DNA from: Zygnema circumcarinatum SAG 698-1b
Lineage: Eukaryota > Plantae > Zygnematophyceae
Direction: 5' to 3'
Assembly (NCBI GenBank): GCA_037447605.1
Contig: CM074812.1
Span: forward strand, 2,480,001-2,544,000
Length of the DNA: 64,000 nt
Each line of letters starts with the position of its first letter. The stretch's first letter is position 1. The notes beneath the pieces were generated by a model. That model ran no database searches. It had not been told where the DNA came from and saw only the letters and a list, made by a program, of their open reading frames with translations. The translations under genes and the position numbers were made by a program. Shown here one piece after another: positions 1 to 27,800 of this stretch.

Positions 1-40
1 TTCTTCCACGCCTTAACATCATTCTCAAAGTGATGTTGTG

Positions 41-178
41 ATCCCCAACATCACTTTGATCCCCAACATCACTTTCATCCCCAACATCACTTTGATCCCC
101 AACATCACTTTCATCCCCAACATCACTTTGATCCCCAACATCACTTTCATCCCCAACATCACTTTGATCCCCAACATC
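41..178. repeat. 18-bp minisatellite ATCCCCAACATCACTTT(G/C), about 7.7 copies, G/C variants strictly alternating
   Basis: Units start at 41, 59, 77, 95, 113, 131, 149 and 167; located in an SEC intron. Confidence 0.95.
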
Positions 179-184
179 TTCTCA

Positions 185-215
<31 letters not shown>

Positions 216-225
216 CTCGCTGCAG

Positions 226-7009
<6,784 letters not shown>

Positions 7010-9284
7010 CGGAACGGAGGCAAAAACGGAACGGAACGGAGAGATATGGAGAGCCAAACGGCACTCACATCGACCAATTGAAGACGGAAATGGAACGAAA
7101 AAAAATGAAATAAAGAGAATTGAATGAATGGAATGAAATAAAGAGACGTCTGAGAATCCATATTTTTTTTCTTTTTTTTCCCTTTTTCAGTCTTTAGAAC
7201 AAGGAGTCAAAGTGGGAATCTAATCCAATTCATGCATGGACCACGACTTCCGTTGAGATGTTGTACGGAACGGCAACTGCACGGGGCCTTGCACATGTAG
7301 ACAGGCGTTCTTTTGTACATAGCCTTCTCCACATTTAGTAAGCGAAATGAGAACAAATAGTCATCAATTTTTTCAGAAAATGAGTCTGAGACCAGCGGCT
7401 AGTTGCTTTGCTATGTTGTAAAAACTACTTTTGAAATTTTTGAAAATTTTACCTTCATGTAAATACGGGGATCTTGTAACGGTTTCTTTTGATCGACTAA
7501 CGGCTCTACATGTGCAGTTTTAGTTCCGTTGGAACATGGAAACACTGCAATTTTGGGGCCAGTCAGTACAAGGAATCAACACAGACATCTTGTGGCCTGA
7601 CTAGTGAAAAGAAAATTGCCAAAAAAGAAAAAGGACAAGCGACCGCCTTCGCTTGTCCTCTTTCGTCCTTTCCCCCCCTACTTCCCCCCCTCTCTCTTTC
7701 TCTCTCTCCCCCACTTTCCCACTCTCTCTCCTCCCTCTCCCTCTCCCACTCCCACTCCCTCCTTGTCCCGCTTTCTCCTTCCCTACTTCTCTCATTCCCT
7801 TCCCTCCCCCTCCCCCTCTCCCCCCCCCACTCTCCCTCTCGCTCTTCTCCGTCCTCATCCGAATCCACAATAATCTTTCGCGAAAATTCAGCTACAAAAA
7901 AACAGGACAGAAACAGGACAAGGAAAATTCACAAAACTTTGGAAAAATCAAAGTCTCTTCAGGATGAGTCTGAGAGGTGATATGGTACACTGTGACTTCA
8001 AATCTATTGATTTCACCGAAGCTCCTCGGCCTCCTCTCCCTCTCCGGCTTCTCTCCTCTCTCCATCTCCCCCTCCTACTACTCTCACTCCCCCCCTCCAC
8101 TCTCCGGCCCTCTCTCTCCCCCCCTTCCCTCTCCCCTCCCACTCTCACTCCCTTCTCCGGCTCTCCCTCTCCCCCCCTCTCTCCTCTCTGTCCCCCTCCT
8201 ACTCTCACTCCCCGCCTCCATCTGACTCCGGCTCTCTCTCTCAACCCCTCTACCCTCTCTGACTTCCTCTACTACAGTATCAATCGGAATAGAGGAGGGA
8301 GCAGAGTCATCTCACTGGTCGGCAGTGGATCCGCACTTGCGAAGCCACTGGTCAATGCACGGTCCGCAAAAGGAGAGAGAGGAGAGAGAGAGAGAGAGGG
8401 AGAGAGGGAGAGAGGGAGAGAGCGAGAGAGTGATAATGGAAAACAGCTAGAGAGCGAGAGACAAGCAGAGGAAGGTGAGTTGAAGTTCGTAATATTTCAG
8501 TAGGTGAAATAAAGGCCTAATGTAGAAATTCAGAAGCCTAAACCTTCAAAAGAAGAGAACCCAAGAAAAAAATCCTGAGGACTATCAGACTGTTGACTGT
8601 GCGAACTGTGAGAGGCCCCTCTGCAGTTGTGGGGGTCTTCCAGAAGGAAAACCTAACTAGTTCCCTCCCCCCATCCACCCCCCATCTCCCCCTCCCTCCC
8701 TCTCTCTCCCTCTCTCCCTCCCTCCCTCTCTCTACCTCTCCCTCCCTTCCCCCTCCCTTTCTCTCCCTCATTCTCCCTCCCTTCCCCCGTTCTTTCCCCA
8801 CTCCCTACCTCTCTTTCCCTCCCGCTCCCCTCTGCCCCGTCCCTTCCCCTCTCCCTCCCCCTCGCCCTCCCCCTTTCCCTCCCCCTCTTCCTTTCCACCC
8901 CCAACCCCTACCTCTTCCTCCCTCCCGCTCCCGTCTGCCCCTCTCCTTCCATCCCATCCCCTCCTCCCCCCTCCCCCTCCCCTTCCCTCTCCCTCCGCCT
9001 TCCCCTCCCTCCCCCTCCCCTCCCTCCCTCCCTCCCTCTCCCTCCCCTCCCATTCCATCTCTCTCTCTCCCCCTCTCTCTCCCCATCCCCTCGCCCTCCC
9101 TGACCCTCCCCTTTTCCATTCTCCCACGCCATGCCACAAACCATGTGGAACTTCCCCAACCGTCTCGCCACGTGTAGATTCTGTCCACGTGGCGAATTCT
9201 TATTTGTTCCACTCACCAAATCTCGCTGTGGACGTGGAACCAATCACGACATCAGGCGTGTCAATTATCGCCACGTGGCGCACG

Positions 9285-9384
9285 NNNNNNNNNNNNNNNN
9301 NNNNNNNNNNNNNNNNNNNNNNNNNNNNNNNNNNNNNNNNNNNNNNNNNNNNNNNNNNNNNNNNNNNNNNNNNNNNNNNNNNNN
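9285..9384. other. 100-N scaffold gap
   Basis: Run of 100 N. The gene fragment after it lacks its upstream exons. Confidence 0.95.
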
Positions 9385-9718
9385 ATCCGTAAAATTCAAC
9401 AAGACGAACACTCCTCCCAGCGGTAAAGTCATTCAATTTTTTTATTAATTATAAAAATAAACTCATGTTGGTGGACTCAGCATTGAGAAAAAAAATGAAC
9501 TAAGTTTTCCGTTGAAAAAAGTTTCAAAAAAAAATTTGGTTGTAGGGTCTCTCGTAGCAATTCGTACGGAGGTGTACGGCCCTGTATGGAACCATACGGA
9601 AAGATATTGCTTTTCTGTACGGAGACCCATGAGGTGTACGAAAATGTACGGAAAGCGTACCCGTACAATGATGTTGTCCGTACAGTGATGTTGCGCGTGC
9701 GGTGATGTACGGACGCAG

Positions 9719-9837
9719 GGATGATGCACCTGATGGACCATGATGTCGTGAACGCATCGTTGGCGCCACTCATGGCCGCCGAAGGGCTCGATGTGGCCCT
9801 GAGCTACGACGGGCAGAGGATACCCGTCAGCCTGTGA
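9719..9837 (+). CDS. Terminal exon of a PhnP-like metallo-beta-lactamase-fold hydrolase (At1g30300-like)
   Basis: CGCAG acceptor, then (G)MMHLMDHDVVNASLAPLMAAEGLDVALSYDGQRIPVSL*. This matches the recalled plant C-terminus GMMHLMDH...EGLDVQLSYDGLRVP. Confidence 0.85.
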
Positions 9838-10474
9838 GGGGGGGGGAAGAGAGAGCGAGAGGGAGAGAGAGAGATGGGGGGGTGGGGGAGAGAGAGAGAG
9901 AGATGGGGGGGTGGGGGGAAGAGTTGGGGGTGGGGGAGAGAGAGGGAGAGATGGGGGGGTGGGGGAGAGAGAGNNNNNNNNNNGAAAGAGAGAGAGATAG
10001 TGAGAGAGAGAGATGAGGGCTGGCGGAAGAGAGAGAGAGAGAGGAAGAGAGAGGGAGAGATGGGGGTTGGGGGGAGAGAGAGAGATAGAGTTGGGGGGGT
10101 GGGGGGAAGAGAGAGAGAGAGATGGGGGGGTGAGGGGGGGAGAGAGAGAGGTGGGGGTTGGGGGAGAGAGAGAGTTGGGGGGTGGGGGGAGGGAGAGAGT
10201 GATGGGGGGAGAGAGAGAGAGCGAAAAAAAGAGTGAGAGAGGAAGAGAGAGAGGGAGTGGTGATGGGGCAGGCGGAAGGGGTAGGGGGAGAGAGCGAGAG
10301 GGCGAGAGGGGAAAAGAAGCGAGAGAGGGAGGGGTAAAGGGAGCGGGTGGAAGGGAAGGGTGAGGGAGAGAGAGAGAGGGAGAGAGTGAGAGAGGAGATG
10401 GGGGATGTTGGGAGAGGGATTGATTGCATGTATAGGGTATACGTCAAATTTTGATGTTTTTTTTTATTATTTAG

Positions 10475-11140
10475 GTGGAAGCACTTTATGTGGACAGCTC
10501 TAATTGGAGCAAATTGATGGAAGAAATTCCTGATGATATGTATTGTTTCTTTATTCGTTTAGCGGTTTACTCATTCTGGTCACGTTCTGAATCCAGAGGC
10601 CATACCAAAAACGTAGGGTTTTGGGTTTGGAATTTTTTTTTTTTTTTTTGAAGTGTGTATCTAGCCAAAACGTTGTGCAAATAATGAATTCCTCAAATTT
10701 TCAACACTAAAATCCTTAAATCCTAAAGCGACAAAACTGTATGCCGTGTAACCTTGAACCCCATGAACCCTAAAATAACTTGCACAAGGCCATGGACCAT
10801 AGGAGCATGGGAACAGCAACCATTGGATCAACCATTGGTTGGCTATGGTTGGACGGCCAATGGTTGGAACCCTTACCAGTGGTTGACTGAGCTCGAATCA
10901 ACGGTTGGCAACCTTTGCGACTGTTGATCCAATAAATGTTCCGTCCTGTGGTCTTGTTCAGTTACAGTTCGGCTACCGATCTATCTGTTACCATACAGTT
11001 CCGTCAAGTTCCATCCCGTTCCATCCCATCCCGTTCCGTTACCCATTTGCAGTCTGCCCGTTCTCTCGGTCCCCATCTTGACTCCGACGGACTTTCTCGA
11101 GTGTGAGGATGACACGTTTTCGCATATCATTGGCCAATAA
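10475..11140 (+). CDS. Two putative coding exons (10475-10539, 11053-11140) of unknown function
   Basis: TTAG and GCAG acceptors, AT|GTATTG donor, phases match; VEALYVDSSNWSKLMEEIPDDILPVLSVPILTPTDFLECEDDTFSHIIGQ*. Confidence 0.4.
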
Positions 11141-11564
11141 TGTCGGCCAGATCGCGCGTGTCGCGTGGTCGGTTGAAAGATCTCACTGAGATTTTCGGCC
11201 AATGGCCTCCTACCAGCTCAGCACCACTTCCAACTCAGCATCGCCGGCCGCCATCGTCCACAGGCGTAGAATCATTCCAGATTTGACACGCCCACGGCCC
11301 TCAGAAAGATCGCCTGACCGTACGCCTGGTGTCCGTATGATTCGTACACAAAACGTAACATAAGTAACGACAGGAAACTGAAAAGTACGAATATCTCGAT
11401 ATTCAGTTGAGTTGGAACAACGGGGAACGCGGTTCATGGAACGTGTAGTCAGCAGTTATGAACACGTGGCAGATGTTGATTCGTTGTTGTCTTCCACTTG
11501 GTAAAAATGTGAAACTGCAATGCCGAACCGAAGGGGAGCGGCAAACTGAGCGTGCAGACATGAG

Positions 11565-11617
11565 CCAATCACGACTTGCCACGTAGGACATTGTGACACG
11601 TGGTAGTTTGGGATTGG
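11565..11617. promoter_or_regulatory. Inverted pair of CCAAT-N9-CCACG (ERSE-type) elements
   Basis: CCAAT cacgacttg CCACG at 11565-11583; CGTGG tagtttggg ATTGG at 11599-11617. Confidence 0.55.
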
Positions 11618-12181
11618 ACGAGCTTTGAAAGTCCTCCACCGACAAAAGTCTGGCGTCGGAACACGACACGTGGCAGACGGTCCTCGTAGGAGCCATGATT
11701 GTGATCTTGTGGCGCTTTGAGCTGCGGCTTACACGTGTGGGACCGTACATTAGACCGTACGTAAATCGTACACGTTTTTGTTTTTTCTGGGAAAGGTCTA
11801 TTCAAAAATCGGGGTTTAGGTGCAACGACTTTGGCGTTTAAGGTCAATGTATGACGGCACTACGAGTGCCGCCGACATTAAGTGTACGGCACCGACATTT
11901 GAAAGGCGGCGCGTGCACGCGTGGCTGACGAGCTTTGTGCGAACAATTAAGCGAACCATGTGACAGAACGCGTTCAACTGTAGCTGATCGATTTGGACGC
12001 ATAGAACTGCATGGAAAGGCCCGAAATTTTGTCGTTTAGTATATTTTTGACAAAATTTAGGCGAACTTTCAACGAACTCATTACGAACTTTTGCGGACAG
12101 AAGACGAACTGGCTCGCGAGCGGGGACGGAAAGGAAATGGGGGAGGGGGAAGAGGCGCAGCGCCCAACGGCGCCATGTGGA

Positions 12182-12200
12182 CCAATTAACGGCCGCCACG
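12182..12200 (+). promoter_or_regulatory. CCAAT-N9-CCACG element about 280 bp upstream of the PPD-like ATG
   Basis: CCAAT taacggccg CCACG(TGG). Confidence 0.55.
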
Positions 12201-12465
12201 TGGCGGCTAGTTTCTACGTACCTGTTCCCGATCAGTTCCGTTCCGTTCAGATTAACGGAAAACTGAGCGGTTCTATGTGAGGGGGGAGAGGAAGAGGGAG
12301 GGAGGGAAGGGGGTGGGTGGGGAGGGGAGGGGAAGCTTCTGGGAAGCTTCCGAGGGAAATTAGGGTTTGGAGGGAAGCTGTGGGGAAAGGAACTGAAAAT
12401 TGAAAACTGAAACTGGAAAGCATAGAATCGCAGGGAACGCAGTGTAGGGTTTTGGGGAAAGGGGA

Positions 12466-20420
<7,955 letters not shown>

Positions 20421-20822
20421 GTGTGTGAGAGATAGAGACGGAGAGAGAGAGAGAAGAGAGAGAGGGAGAGTTGGGGAGTGAGTCCTGCGCATCTCCCTGC
20501 TATGGAGAAGAATCAGCGCGACAGAGAGGGGGTGGGGGGGAGAGAGAGAGAGAGGGAGAGAAGGAGAGAGAGAAAGAGAGGTGCTCCGGTGTGCTGCGTT
20601 TATTTTCTTCTTTCTGATGTTTTTTTTTCTCCCTCTCCCTCACTCCCTTTTCTTTTTTCTTATATTATTAGTCATTTGCATTTTCTACTTTACAAATTCG
20701 GAGCTTTAATTTCCCTTATTGATTTTTACTTTTTCCTTTCGATTTTGTTCTGTGGTTATCGAATTTTGAGAGCTTCAGAGAAAGATGTGCCTTTTTTAGG
20801 GTTCCATGTACATATCAGATTT

Positions 20823-20861
<39 letters not shown>

Positions 20862-21429
20862 CAGAAGCGGAACCTTGTACGCAAATCAGGCTTTTTCTTA
20901 AAAGAGTTAGGGTTTTGAGTGGGTTTAAGGATTGAAGCCAAATGTGATTTTGATTAAGAGGAGGCAGTAAGGGGCAGGGGAGAAGAGGGGGTTTAGGGTT
21001 TAAGTGTTTGCAGGCGGACATATATGGTTATTCAACTTCATTGGTAGTAACCTTATTGGTTTTTACTTTGACAAAGTCATTTTATGAAGTCAATAGCCCA
21101 GTTCAATAAACATTCATTTGATAAAGCAAACTCGATTGTTGCCCTTTATATCTCATCTTGGGTGACTCATGTAACGTCATGTCTCATTACGTCACGTCAT
21201 GTAACGTCACGTCACGTCACGAGGATGGCATGGAGCATCCTTCAAAGGTGGGCCACGAGGTTGGGAAAATATAACGACCATGACGTCAGATTCAAGCTAG
21301 AGGCGGCGCAGTGGACGTAGCTTTAAGGAAAAAGAAGGAATGCGTCAAAAGGGAGTGAGCTCACTTTCGTGGTCGAACTTGCCATGAATGAAATGCTTTA
21401 AAAGTGCAGAGATCTGACCCAATCGAAAA

Positions 21430-21652
21430 CCGTTGGACCAACCATTGGATCGATAACCATTGGACCAACAACTTGATCGGTAACCAGTGGACCAACCATT
21501 GGATCGGCAACCATTGGATCGGCAACCATTGGATCGGTAACCATTGGACCAACTATTGGATCGGTAACTAATTGATCAACCACTGGATAAACGATCAATT
21601 GACCAACCATTGGATCGGCGGCAATTGGACCAACCATTGGATCGGCAACCAT
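21430..21652. repeat. Degenerate 15-bp repeat AACCATTGGATCGGC
   Basis: More than 10 degenerate units; related AACCATTGG/CCAATGGTT arrays at about 4245-4285, 10800-10910, 29470-29845 and 40320-40400. Confidence 0.8.
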
Positions 21653-22577
21653 AGAGAGAGGGAGGTAGGAGGGAGGNNNNNNNNNNGAGGGAGGGAGGGA
21701 GGGAGGGAGAGAGGAGGGAGGGAGGGAGGGAGGGAGGGAGGGAGGAGGGAGGAGGGGGATTGAAGCCAAAAAAAAGGAAAAAGGTCAATCCTTCTCAAAA
21801 AGAAAGGCCTCCAACAATTAGAAAAAAGTCGGAGCTAAACCGATACACCGTACTATGACTAAAGTCGACGCATAATGGACTTAGAAAAAGGGTTTAACTA
21901 TCAAACCAGCTGATTCGGACAGCCACCTTTAAACCAAAATGAAAGTAGTAAGGCCCTGGACATTAAACCGAAAACCCTTAAACCCTAAAACCCTGAACCC
22001 TAAACCTTAAGAAAAACTTGATCCCTGAACCCTAAAAATCATCGACTGACATCCCCCTACCAACTCTTCCCTAACCCTAACCCTAACCCTAACCGACCAA
22101 CCGACCGACCCAACAGAGCAGTCGCAACCTCCAACTGAAAAGGGAAACCTTCACACACGGCGTGGTGACACGTGGCGGATGCTACCGTCTGGTTCCATGT
22201 TCCGTTATGGCATTGACTGTTCCGTTCTCCGTTCCGTTGCATGACATGGAGCCCCTTTCCTCCCTTTCAATCCCAACCCCAAAATCTAGAAACTTGTGCG
22301 TACCCCATATCCAGAGCTCTGAATGAGGGCATAGACTCACTCTCCCTTCCCTCCATCTTTCTCTCCCTCTCCCTGCTCTCTCCCTCCCCCCTCTCTTCCT
22401 CTCTGTCCATTCTCTCTGCTTGTCTTCCTCCTTCCATTCTCTATCCCTATCATTCTATTCTCTCACTCTCCCTCTCTTTCCATTCTCTCACTCTCCCTAT
22501 TTCCCTCCCATTCCATTCTCTCCCTCTCTCACTCTTTCTCTCTCTCTCTCTCCCTCCCTCCTTCCTCTCCCTCCCTC

Positions 22578-23715
22578 TCACGCAACGGGGATGAGCTGCG
22601 GACAGCTGCGTTTCAGATGGCCAAACTCTCCGCACTGATGGCATGCCTGCACCACTCCACATCACAGTCGTAAAATTTTAGGATTTCTAGGGTTTCTCTA
22701 CCCTCCTTCCTCTTCTCTCTTCCCTCCTCTCTCCTCTATCTCTCTCCTCCCTTTCTCCACCCTTAAATCCCTAAAAAACAGACTCATCACATGACATAAC
22801 ATAAGCATAAAGTAACCCAAGGTAACATAACGTCATGATTCGACACAATCAAAGTGACATGCCCTGAGGTGACGTGACGTGACGTGAATATCCTCTCGTG
22901 GTGAACATGACGGAGCATGTCCAAATGACACGTGGCATCATCGCATGGCGCATGGTCGAGCATGGCATGATGCGCAACACCACACGACGACATGTGCACA
23001 TCACAACCCTAAACTCTACGCCCAACTCCCTAAGCCCTAAACCCAAAACCCAAACCCTAAACCCTAAGCCCTAAGCCCTAAGCCCTCCACCCTAATCCTT
23101 AACCCCTACACCCTAAACCCTAAGCCCTAAACCTAAACCCTAAACCCTAAATCCTAAACCCTAAGCCCTACGCCCTCCGCCCTAATCCTTAAACCCTACA
23201 CCCTAAACCCTAAGCCCTAAACCCTAAACCCTAAATCCTAAACCCTAAGCCCTACGCCCTCCACCCTCATCCTTAAACCCTACACCCTAAACCCTCCACC
23301 CTAAGCCCTAAACCCTAAACCCTAAACCCTAAACCCTAGGCCATAGGCCCTACGCCCTCCACCCTAATCCTTAAACCCTACACCCTAAACCCTAAGCCCT
23401 AAACCCTAAACCCTAAACCCTTAATCCTAAACCCTAAGCCCTACGCCCTCCACCCTAATCCCTAACCCCTACACCTATATCCTAAACCCTAAGCCCTACG
23501 CCCTCCACCCTCATCCTTAAACCCTAAACCCTAAACCCCGGCGGAGGCTCACCCTGTCCGGGGGCCCTCCCTGGGGGCAGTCCCTTTTGAGGTGGCCGAT
23601 CTGCCCGCACTGATGGCAGGCCTTGTCCTCCATTCCGCCTCCGTTCTGCGCCTCCCAACTCCTCTCGATAAAGTCATATTCCTCTCCCGCTCCCTCTCCC
23701 TCTCGCTCTCCCTCT

Positions 23716-23749
<34 letters not shown>

Positions 23750-24807
23750 GACTCCTTCCGTATTCGTATCACCAATTTCTCCCCCTCTTTCCCTCTCTCC
23801 CTCTCCGTCTCCCTCTCCATTCCGCTAACCGCAAGCAGATTCGCTGCACAGAACTCCTTCTCCGTGACAGACGACGGCACTGCAACGGAACTGAACGGAA
23901 CGGCGGACATAGAACGGGGCTCACCGCGGAGGGGCAGTCTCGCTTGAGGTGGCCGACCTGCCCGCAGTTGTGGCACGACTTGCCGCCCAGTCCGCCCATA
24001 TCCTGCCCACCTCCGTTCATCTAGAGGGAGGGAGGGAGGGAGGGAGGGAGGGAGGGAGGGATTGAGGGAGGGAGGAAGGGAGGGATTGAGGGAGAGAGGA
24101 AGGGAGGGATTGAGGGAGAGAGGAAGGGAGGGAGGGAGGGAGGGATAGAGAAAAAGAGAGACAGAGAGAGGAAGGATATTCGAGAGAGATGAGGGAAGAG
24201 GGAGAGATCGTGAAAGAGGGCGAGAGAGGGAGAGGGTAGAGATAATGTAGGGTTGTAGGGTTTAGGGTTTTGAGGTTTAGGGTTTAGGGTTTAAGCCGTC
24301 CGGACCTGCACGTGGCAGTCGCGCTTCAAATGACCGAATTGCCCGCAGAGATGGCACGCCTTTCCGCCCATTCCCATGTCCTGCACGCGCTAAAAGGGTT
24401 TTAGAGGTTTAGGGTTGTAGGGTTTTAGAGTGTTTGGGTATTCAGGGGTTTAGGGTTTTAGGGGTTTAGGGGTTTAAGTTTGAAGTAGCAGCAATCTGAG
24501 GTTTTGGCTGGATTTCGAAGGTTTCTAAGGGGTTTGCTATCGAGGGGCGGCGCGGAATGAGAGAGAGATTTGGAGCGGGGGGGAGGAAGGGACTACCTCC
24601 ATTTGCTAGTTTGAGAGAGGGAGGGATGAAAGAGAGAGGGAGAGAGAGAGCCCCCACGTTCATCCGTGAGAGAGCGAGAGGTAGAGAGAGAGGGAGAGAG
24701 AGAAACCATCTCAATTGGCACTTTTGAGAGAGAGATAAAGAGAGAGAGAAAGCCACATCCATTCGCAATTTTGAGAGAGGCGGCGTATTGGATAGTGGAA
24801 GCGAGGG

Positions 24808-24854
<47 letters not shown>

Positions 24855-27800
24855 ACCCCTCCAGCTGTGCATTCACGCTTGAGGTGGCCGTACTGCCCGC
24901 AGCCGTGACAGGCCTTGCTGGCAAGTCCCATGTCCAGGGAAGGGGTGCCCTGGAACGGAGAACGCACGCATGGAACTTCAGTTTGAGTTCTCAATGCAGT
25001 CGAGGGCAATAACAGAACGGAACTGAACTGAACTGAATAGAACGGACGGCACAGAACAGTTCAGAACCTAACGGACATGGCATAGAAACGCAAAGAACGG
25101 AATGGAATCGCACAGTAGGGTTTTTAGGGTTTACACAACAGAACCGGAAAAAAAACGACATGGAAAGAAGCGAAACAGAACGGAAGAAAGCAGAACTGAG
25201 AACCCAACGGACGGACAGAAAATTAACGGAACGGAATTCAGTAGCATAGAACGCGCACCATGTTGGTACAATCCCGCTTGATATGACCAACTTCTCCGCA
25301 GTTGTGGCAGCTCTTGCCCATCATCCCTCCCTCTCCCCCTCCCACAAGGGGAGCAGGACAGTCCCGCTTAAGGTGGCCCGCCTGCAGCACCCATTTACCC
25401 CATTTAGTACCATCTATAGACAATATTGCTAAATACTTAATCAGTTAATAACGTGACTTGAACGATTTAGCAAAATTCGACATCGAATTTTAGAAAAATC
25501 GGCACATTTTGCAGCCACACAGAGAGCTACTGCAACGAACATGAAGCGAGAGGAGAGGAGTCCTTCCACTCCCTCTCGCTCTCCTCGCTCCCTCAAGATC
25601 TCGGTCTCTCTCTCTCTCTCTGCTTCCCTCTTAACCAGTGCCCCTTCATCTCCCACACCCCTACTTGCTCCATTCCCTCTCCTCCTGTTCTGCTCTCCTT
25701 CTCCTTCCCCCCACTCCCATTCCTCCCACTCATCTCCTCCTCTCCCTCTCCTTCTCTCCATTCCGTCTCCTCTTATGTTCCACTATCTTCTCCCAATCAC
25801 TGTTAGCCAAGCAAAACGAGTCAACTAAGTCAACAAGGTCAATGAAGTCAACTAGGTCAATGAAGTCAACCACGTCAAGTGGGAGTGGCAACGGAGCATC
25901 ACCTGTGAGCAATTGTGACACAACTTTTCGAGCACTTTCCTTCCGCCTGGAAACTCCGGGCACTGCGTTTCCAGTACAGCTCAACCGGGGTCAGAAAGAT
26001 GAAAACAGTCAATACATTGTTCCGATCATGCATGGAAGACTACGAAATCAACTTGTTCTTCAACCACCATCCTCCCTCCCTCCCTCCCTCCCTCTCCCTC
26101 CCTCCCTCCCTCCCTCCTCTCTCCCTCCCCCCTCCCTTCTCTCCCATCCTCCCTCCCTTCCTCCCTTCCTCCCTCCCTCCCTCCCTCCCTACCTCCCTCC
26201 CCCCCCCCTCTCTTCTCCCCCATCCTCCCTCCCTCCCTTCATCCCTCCCTTCTCTCCCATCCTCCCTCCCTCCCTCCTCTCTCCCTCCCCCCTCCCTTCT
26301 CTCCCATCCTCCCTCCCTTTTTCCCCCATCCTCCCTCCCTCGGTGGCTCCTCGTGGTTTCCCACCTCCGCCCGGAGGTGGCCCGGCTTGGCGCACAGCTG
26401 GCAGGTCGGCGAGGGGTCCGGCGCGGCGAGGCAGTCCCTTGCGAGGTGGCCCGCCACGTGGCAGAGGCGGCAGGCGGCCTTCTCGCTGCACTGGCTGCGG
26501 ATGTGGCCCGGCTTGCGGCAGTTGTGGCAGGTCTGGACGTAGGGGCAGTCGCGGGCGATGTGGCCTGCGAGAGGGGGAAGGGGGAGGGAGAGAGGGGTTG
26601 GGAGGGGGAGTTGGGAGTTGGGAGGGGGGCAGAGGGGGAGGAGGAGAGGGAGGGGGGCTGGGAGGGAGCTGGAGAGGGGGAGAGGGGCTGGGAGGGGGAA
26701 TTGAGATGGGGCCAGAGGGGTAGGTGAGAGGTAGGGGGGCTGGGAGGGAGCTGGGAAGGGGGAGGTGGAGGGGGAAAGGGGAGTTGGGATGTGGGCAGAG
26801 GGGGAGGGGGAGGGGGAGGGGGAGAGGGGCTGGGCGGGGGGTTGGGATGGGGGCAGAGGGGGAGGGGGAGAAGAAGGTGGGCTGGGAGGGAGCTGGGAAG
26901 GGGGAGGTGGAGGGGGAGAGGGGAGTTGGGATGTGGGCAGAGGGGGAGGGGGAGGGGGAGGGGGAGGGGGGGAGAGGGGCTGGGCGGGGGGTTGGGATGG
27001 GGGCAGAGGGGGAGGGGGAGAAGAAGGGGGGCTGGGAGGGAGCTGGGGAGGGGAAGGCGGAGAGGGAGAGGGGCTGGGAGGGGGGTTGGGATGGGGGCAG
27101 AGGGGGAGGGGGAGAGGGAGAGGGCTGGGAGGGAGCTGGAGAGGGGAAGGGGGAGAGGGAGAGGGGCTGGGAGGGGGAGTTGGGATGGGGGCAGAGGGGG
27201 AGGTGGAGAGGGAGGGGGCTGGGAGAAAGCTGCTGAGAGGGAGGGGAAAGGGGAGGGGGAGGGGGAGTTGGGAGGGTAGCAGAGGGGGAAGGGGGCAAGA
27301 CGGAGAGGGAAGGGGAGGGAGGAAGATTGGAAGGAGGGGGGCTTGGGATGGAGGGGTGGGTGGGCATCTTCTTTCTATCTCTGTTCCGTTCCATGTGTTT
27401 CGTTCCGTTTAGAAAAGTATATGCCTTTGATTTCTATTCAGGATATAGCTATTAGAAAATTATTCTATTAATCTCACTCGGGTGGGATCTCCATTGAAGG
27501 TTACCTTCGATGGCATCGGCCAATCCAGGTTTGCCACGTAAGCATCTTATCTGACGTGGCGAACTGTAATTGGACCATGCTTTACAGGGTACTTTCAATG
27601 GATTTGGACCAATGGGCCGTTGAACTATATGCGGCGTTTTGCAAGAACTGAAAAAAACTGAAACTGATGATCCATGCTTTTAGTTGAAAGTCCGTTAGAC
27701 TGAAGTTCCATGTATCATTTAAAAATTAAAAATAAAAAGTAAAATCGGTACAAGGGAAATCAGTAAATTCGATCATTTCAGAGGTTAAACCCAAATAGTT

